The position numbers and the translations under genes were made by a program. Shown in pieces: positions 18,005 through 22,507 of a stretch of DNA of 22,507 nt. The DNA is taken from NCBI GenBank assembly GCA_038851755.1, contig JAWCKR010000021.1, positions 1 through 22,507 on the forward strand, written 5' to 3'. Numbering within the stretch: position 1 is the stretch's first letter; every line of letters begins with the position of its first letter. The notes beneath the pieces are model-generated. The model searched no databases and was not told the DNA's origin. It saw nothing but the letters and a program-made list of their open reading frames with translations. Source of the stretch: Candidatus Hadarchaeales archaeon. GTDB lineage: Archaea; Hadarchaeota; Hadarchaeia; Hadarchaeales; WYZ-LMO6.

Positions 18005-18976
18005 CTACTCCAGGCCCCCCTCTCCTCCCTTCTTTTCCCTGATGGAGGAGAAGGGTACCCCCACCTTCCCGCAGAGTCTCTGGTAGTACTCCTCCACCTC
18101 GACCTTCCTCCTCCCCTCGCTCAGTTCCCTCCTCCAGGCCTCCAGGAAGAGGTTCTCCAGCCCCAGGAACTCAGCGGCCGAGAGGAGGCGCTTGCCCTTC
18201 CTCTCCGCCACTTCGAAGACCTTTCCCATCTTCTCCCTGTAGTTCAGGTCCCGCAAGAGGTGGTGCTCCAGCAGGATGGTCTCGGCCTGGGTCTCCCCCA
18301 CCGCCCTCTTCAGGTTCTCCATGGAGGCCTCGAAGGCTTTCTGGCTCATGCGCCACCCCACGAAGAGGGTGGGGTAGCCGTCCAGGATCATGAACTCCGG
18401 GTTCTTCTCCAGCACCCATTTCAGGGCCTCGGGGTCGGCCAGGCTCTGGGCGTCGGAGCCGAAGAGGAAGCCCCCCTTCTCGACGTAGAGCATCGTCACC
18501 GTTCCCACTTTGCTCCCCACATCCCCGTGCCAGACCGCGGGGGAGAACTCCACCCTTTCCCCCAGCTCGAACTCCCTCCCGTCCGCCCACTCCAGCCCGC
18601 CGGCCAGGCGTGCCGCCCTCTCCTCGAAGAGGGCACCCCTCTTCTTTCCCGAGAGGTTGATGTTCTTCTTCCGGTCCTTCGCCAGCACCATCTTTCCTTT
18701 GAAGCATGCTTCGTACATCTCCCCGTCCTCGGGGAAGGGATGGTGGTCGTAGTGGTAGTGGGTGACGGCCACGGTTTCCGCCCTTCCGGCGGCCTCCAGG
18801 ATGAGGGCGCGGGAGAGCTCCAGGGCCCTCCACTCCTCCTTCGTGGGACCCAGCCCGTACCTGGTGGGGCCCAGGGCCACCCCCGGGTCGATCAGGAGCC
18901 TGAGTTTTCCCGCCTCCAGGAAGGTGCACATGCTGCGCACGCCGAAGGAGTCGAAGGCCAGGGGGAGGACCTTCAT
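18005..18976 (-). CDS. UPF0282-like archaeal MBL-fold hydrolase
   Basis: PLAFDSFGVRSMCT, IDPGVALGP.RYGL.P, THYHYDH, HG, SD.Q, EHHLLRD, LEAWR. Confidence 0.85.
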   Translation of the reverse strand: MKVLPLAFDSFGVRSMCTFLEAGKLRLLIDPGVALGPTRYGLGPTKEEWRALELSRALILEAAGRAETVAVTHYHYDHHPFPEDGEMYEACFKGKMVLAKDRKKNINLSGKKRGALFEERAARLAGGLEWADGREFELGERVEFSPAVWHGDVGSKVGTVTMLYVEKGGFLFGSDAQSLADPEALKWVLEKNPEFMILDGYPTLFVGWRMSQKAFEASMENLKRAVGETQAETILLEHHLLRDLNYREKMGKVFEVAERKGKRLLSAAEFLGLENLFLEAWRRELSEGRRKVEVEEYYQRLCGKVGVPFSSIREKKGGEGGLE

Positions 18977-19067
18977 GCCGTTTCACCTTCACCGCGGCAC
19001 AAATAGGGCTTTGGTTTTCCCGCTCGATGCGACAGCTCCCCCGTTTTGGACGGATCTCGGGTTCCCT

Positions 19068-19092
19068 TAAATTTAGATACCATCTAACTTTA
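19068..19092 (+). promoter_or_regulatory. DtxR-type operator overlapping TATA and start region
   Basis: TAAATTTAGAT-ACC-ATCTAACTTTA, 10/11 inverted repeat with TTAG...CTAA core, 4 nt before the regulator ATG. Confidence 0.75.
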
Positions 19093-19096
19093 CTCG

Positions 19097-19507
19097 ATGT
19101 TTACTGAAACGGAGGCCAGGTACCTGCTCTTCCTCTACCGCAGGCAGGAGGAAGAGGGAAAGAAGGTGGGAACGGTCGCCCTCGCGAAGGAGATGGGGGT
19201 GAAGCCGGCCACCGCCACCCAGACCCTCCAGAAGCTGGCCACCAAAGGGTTCCTCCGCTACGCACCGTACAGGGGTGTGGAGTTCACCCCCCGGGGCAGG
19301 AGGGAAGGGAAGGAGCTCCTGCGGAAGCACAGGATCTTGGAGTCCCTCCTCTGCAGGCTGCTGGGGTGCGACCCCCCGACCGCCTGCAGGGAGGCCCTCA
19401 GCCTGTTCTCAGCCTCCACCCCCCTGATCGACTCCCTCTGCAGGGCCATGGGCCACCCCTCCACATGTCCCTGTGGAAAGCCCATCGGGAGGTGCGGGGG
19501 GAAATAG
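19097..19507 (+). CDS. DtxR/MntR-family metal-dependent transcriptional regulator (no FeoA domain)
   Basis: YL..LY, LAKEMGVKPAT....LQKL, Y.PYRGVEFT..G, RKHRILE, GHP.TCPCGKPI. Confidence 0.9.
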   Translation: MFTETEARYLLFLYRRQEEEGKKVGTVALAKEMGVKPATATQTLQKLATKGFLRYAPYRGVEFTPRGRREGKELLRKHRILESLLCRLLGCDPPTACREALSLFSASTPLIDSLCRAMGHPSTCPCGKPIGRCGGK

Positions 19508-20148
19508 TGCTCAGGGCGGACCTGATCCTGCGGGAGCTCAGACACCACGCCCCCTTCACCTCCCTGGGGGCCCTCACGGGGGTCTTCCTGCTTGCCCTCA
19601 CTGCAGATGTTTTGGTCAGGGTGGAGCACGAGTACCTCTTCCACCTCCTCCACCCCTCTCACCTCTTCTTGAGCGCCATCGTGACCACGGCCGTCTACAG
19701 GAAGTACGGGAGGGGAAAGGGGGAGGCCCTGGCGGTGGGCTTCCTGGGATCGGTGGGGATCTGCACGCTGAGCGACATCCTCCTCCCCTACCTGGGCGGT
19801 CTGGCGCTGGGAATCCCCATGCACTTCCACCTGTGCTTGCTGGAGCATCCCTGGCTGGTCCTAGCGGCATCCCTGCTGGGGACGGCAGTTGGGATGGGGA
19901 GACCGAGGACGGAATTCCCTCACTCCTGCCACGTGCTGGTGAGCACCTACGCCTCGGCCTTCTACCTCACGGCCTTCGGCTCCCCCTCCAGCTGGCTCCC
20001 GCTCCTCCCCGCCCTCTTCCCCCTTCTCTTCGTGGCGGTCTGGCTTCCCTGTTGCACCAGCGACTTCATCTTCCCCCTGCTCTTCGTGGAGGAAGAGCGG
20101 GAGCACCGAGAAGGACCTCCCTCACCCACGGGCAAAGCTCCCTCCTGA
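19507..20148 (+). CDS. Uncharacterised His/Cys-rich polytopic membrane protein (putative metal transporter)
   Basis: GTG overlaps regulator stop (TAGTG); about 6 hydrophobic segments; HHAPFT, FHLLHPSH, CTLSD, HFHLC, PHSCH, PCCTSD. Confidence 0.75.
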   Translation: MLRADLILRELRHHAPFTSLGALTGVFLLALTADVLVRVEHEYLFHLLHPSHLFLSAIVTTAVYRKYGRGKGEALAVGFLGSVGICTLSDILLPYLGGLALGIPMHFHLCLLEHPWLVLAASLLGTAVGMGRPRTEFPHSCHVLVSTYASAFYLTAFGSPSSWLPLLPALFPLLFVAVWLPCCTSDFIFPLLFVEEEREHREGPPSPTGKAPS

Positions 20149-20668
20149 ACCTGAAGAGATGGTTCGGGTGGGGGGTGAAGAAGACCTCCCTTTCCCCCAC
20201 CCTGGTCCAGGAGATCGCCCTCTGGTCGTCGGGAGGGCTCAGGCCCAGCAGCTCGCAGACCGAGGCCGAGGCGAACCTCCCCATGGCCACCACCCTCCTT
20301 GGGCGGAGGGTCTCCAGCTCACCCTGGAGGAGGGGGACGCAGTTCCTCCTCATCCCCTCTATGCTCCTCCTGTCCGGCGGACGGCACTTCACCGCCGCCG
20401 TGAAGAAAACACCGTGGCGTCTGAGGGTCTCCAGCACCTCCTCCATCCTCACCCCCAGGATGAGGCTGAGGGAGAGCCTGAGCCTGTCGAAGCCCTCCAG
20501 GTGGTAGAGGGAGCCCACCTTCCTTCCAGGTGGGGGGGACTCTCCTATGGCCAGCACCCTCACCCTCTCAGGTAGCCAGGAGTACACCCTGTCCAGGAGG
20601 AAGGGCTGATCCACGAAGCGGCAGAGGCGGCAGGAGCCCACCGCCCTCTCCAGTTTTCTGGCCCCCAT
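20066..20668 (-). CDS. Uracil-DNA glycosylase superfamily protein with probable [4Fe-4S] cluster
   Basis: CRLC, IGESPP, AVKC, NC...L..EL..L.P.RVVAMG..A, TPHP. Confidence 0.8.
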   Translation of the reverse strand: MGARKLERAVGSCRLCRFVDQPFLLDRVYSWLPERVRVLAIGESPPPGRKVGSLYHLEGFDRLRLSLSLILGVRMEEVLETLRRHGVFFTAAVKCRPPDRRSIEGMRRNCVPLLQGELETLRPRRVVAMGRFASASVCELLGLSPPDDQRAISWTRVGEREVFFTPHPNHLFRFRRELCPWVREVLLGAPALPPRRAGGR

Positions 20669-20814
20669 CTCCCTGCAGGGGAGCGGCGGGGTTTAACCCC
20701 ACCGCCGGGTTCCATTGGGCTCGTTCTGGTGCCTTGGAGGAGAACGGAAGTGAGAAAGGAACAGAGCTCCGGGTTTGTTCTGGAGGATGGCGCGGTCCGG
20801 GTGAGGGCACGGGG

Positions 20815-21228
20815 TTGACCGGCTGGTGGCGGGAGAGGTGGCTGCGGTCTGGCAACGGGGAGAGGGCCCTCCTGGCTTTGGGGGTCCTCTCCGTGGTCTT
20901 CGCAGGGCTCCTCACCTGGGACCTGGTGGTCTACCGGGGGACGGCCGTGGAACTCACGGAGGGGTGGGCCCGCCTCTTCGCGGAGTGGGGAGCGTGGGGA
21001 GTGGTGTTCATGGGTGCCCTCAAGCTCACGGGCTTTTTGCTGCTGTGGGGGATTTGGCCCCCCCTCTCCGTGATCCTCTGTACGGCCTTCGTGGTGGACC
21101 TCCTCCACGATCTGCTCTTCTGGGCCTTCGGATCCGACCTGCTGTTCCCTCTCCTGGGAGCTCCGGAGGTGGTGCTGGGCTTCGTGCTGGCCTTCCTGCT
21201 GGTGAGGCTGAGGTGGATCGGGGCCTAA
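20815..21228 (+). CDS. Hypothetical small membrane protein (about 4 TM)
   Basis: TTG start with GGTGAGG upstream (start uncertain); strongly hydrophobic ORF ending in overlap with aldolase stop. Confidence 0.55.
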   Translation: MTGWWRERWLRSGNGERALLALGVLSVVFAGLLTWDLVVYRGTAVELTEGWARLFAEWGAWGVVFMGALKLTGFLLLWGIWPPLSVILCTAFVVDLLHDLLFWAFGSDLLFPLLGAPEVVLGFVLAFLLVRLRWIGA

Positions 21229-21866
21229 AGCCCACCCAGCGCCTCGAAGAGTTCTTTCTGGAGCTTCACCACCTCTTCGGGCAGGTACCTGGGTCCGCCC
21301 AGCAGGAGGGAGAGGAGGTAGGTCCTGCTTACCCTCTCCAGGGCCTCCGAGGTCTCCAGCGCCCGGTCCAGATCGGGCCCGCAGCACAGGGTCCCGTGGT
21401 TGGAGAGGAGGACCGCGTTCTTCCTCCCCAGGGCCTTCACCACGTTCCTGGCGAGTTCCTCGCTCCCGGGAGGGGCGTACTCCGCCACCTCCACCTCCCC
21501 TCCGAAGAGCACCACCACCTCCTCCAGGAAGGGCGGGATCCCCAGTCCCACGGCGGCCAGGGCGCAGGCGCAGACCGGGTGGGCGTGCACCACCGCCCCC
21601 ACCTCCGGCCTCGCCCGGTAGACTGCCAGGTGCATGGGCAGCTCGGTCGAGGGGGTTAACCCCTCCACTAGGTTCCCCCGGAGGTCCACCACCGAGACCT
21701 GATGGGGCTCCATGCGCTCGTAGGGGAGGTGGCTGGGGGAGATCACCACCAGGTCCCTGGCGGGGACCCTGAGGCTCAGGTTCCCCGTGCTCCCGTGGGC
21801 CAGCCCCCTCTCCACCATCCTCCTCCCACCCTCCACGATCTTTTGCCTGAACTCCTCCAGCTCCAT
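21225..21866 (-). CDS. Class II aldolase/adducin family (FucA/MtnB-like)
   Basis: GNLS.R, ISPS, PSTELPMHLAVY..RP, VVHAHP, LLSNHG. Confidence 0.92.
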   Translation of the reverse strand: MELEEFRQKIVEGGRRMVERGLAHGSTGNLSLRVPARDLVVISPSHLPYERMEPHQVSVVDLRGNLVEGLTPSTELPMHLAVYRARPEVGAVVHAHPVCACALAAVGLGIPPFLEEVVVLFGGEVEVAEYAPPGSEELARNVVKALGRKNAVLLSNHGTLCCGPDLDRALETSEALERVSRTYLLSLLLGGPRYLPEEVVKLQKELFEALGGL

Positions 21867-21915
21867 CGTTCTCCTTCCTTCTCTCCCCCTTTATCGGAAA
21901 CGGAAGTTCTTCAGT

Positions 21916-22506
21916 TCACTCGAAGGAGACCACGGAGTAGCAGTGCAGGCTGGGGACGGTGAAGGTCACCCTGCCACCCTCCAGGCTGAACGCCAGCTCC
22001 TGCTCCGCGGCGTCGGGGCTCACCAGCCTCAGGGTCTTCCCCTCCAGGCTCACCCCCTCCGGAAGGGTGAGGGTGAAGGTCAGGTCGGTGAGGTCGGAGA
22101 AGTCCCTCGCCCCCCTGTCGTACTGGTAGTTGATCAGGTGCAGGAGCAGGGAGTCGCCCTTCCTGTAAAGCACCATGCCCAGGTCGGAGGGGGCGTCGGT
22201 CTCCACCCCCAGGTCCACCCCCAGTCCCCTCAGGGTGGGAACGAGGAGGCTGTCGCTGGAAAGGGTGTCGCACCTCACCACCTTTCCTCCCCCCGAGGAG
22301 TAGAGGGAGAGCAGGTTCTCCGCCCCCGCGTCGAGGTCGTAGTGCCTGGGGACCACCACCACGCTGTACTTCCCAAGCTCCTCCGGCGTCATGGGCTTCT
22401 GCACGAACTCCCCGTCCCCCCTGTACGCCACCTCGAAGGGGAGGTGGGCCTCCTGCAGCGCCAGTCCCACGTTCTCGAAGCTCTCCCAGGCCAGGTTGGC
22501 CCTCCA
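21916..22506 (-). CDS. C-terminal part (truncated by window) of a putative glycoside-hydrolase-associated protein (GATase-like/trimerisation domain plus beta-sandwich)
   Basis: Frame open to window end (WRANLAWESFENVGLAL..AHLPFEV); L..Y.VVVVP, GGKV, LLLHLINYQYD, FTVPSL..YSVV. Confidence 0.55.
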   Translation of the reverse strand, partial: WRANLAWESFENVGLALQEAHLPFEVAYRGDGEFVQKPMTPEELGKYSVVVVPRHYDLDAGAENLLSLYSSGGGKVVRCDTLSSDSLLVPTLRGLGVDLGVETDAPSDLGMVLYRKGDSLLLHLINYQYDRGARDFSDLTDLTFTLTLPEGVSLEGKTLRLVSPDAAEQELAFSLEGGRVTFTVPSLHCYSVVSFE

Positions 22507-22507
22507 G

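Noticed and set aside
20694-21243. Possible duplication of the aldolase 3' end around the orphan membrane gene (TAACCCCACCGCC versus TAAAGCCCACCCAGCGCC)
   Set aside because: Needs several gaps over fewer than 20 nt; not convincing

Overview
High-GC archaeal DNA (purine-rich coding strands, AGG-dominated Arg codons, TATA boxes about 25 nt before many start codons, Hel308, Elp3, JAMM, archaeal-type tRNA-Leu). A Hadarchaeota-like thermophile is my guess, not a tested assignment. The backbone encodes the end of a NuoF/HydB(BfuB)-like gene, a short NuoG/BfuA-like Fe-S subunit, NfnAB, a PRC-barrel protein, a metallophosphoesterase, Elp3, Hel308, TrxB, tRNA-Leu(CAG), DUF2179, a CDF transporter, a PPOX-like protein, JAMM, DUF167, a UPF0282-like MBL, a DtxR-family regulator with a His/Cys-rich membrane protein, a UDG-like protein, a class II aldolase and a partial glycoside-hydrolase-like gene. 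The most striking non-annotated structure is a set of small accessory or defence-like cassettes with no integrase or transposase, each bracketed by a copy of the 3' end of the gene it follows. (1) A RelE-type toxin-antitoxin pair lies between 27-bp direct repeats of the nfnB 3' end. (2) An AAA_14-DUF4143 gene lies between perfect 31-bp direct repeats of the CDF 3' end, and the downstream copy keeps an ATGA coupling to the next gene. (3) An island after the tRNA (helicase remnant, transglutaminase-like gene, beta-CASP MBL) ends at an inverted 15/16 copy of the tRNA 3' end. A second candidate novelty is a DtxR-box-controlled membrane protein with an internal repeat that looks like an uncharacterised metal transporter. 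All family calls come from motif recognition by eye.
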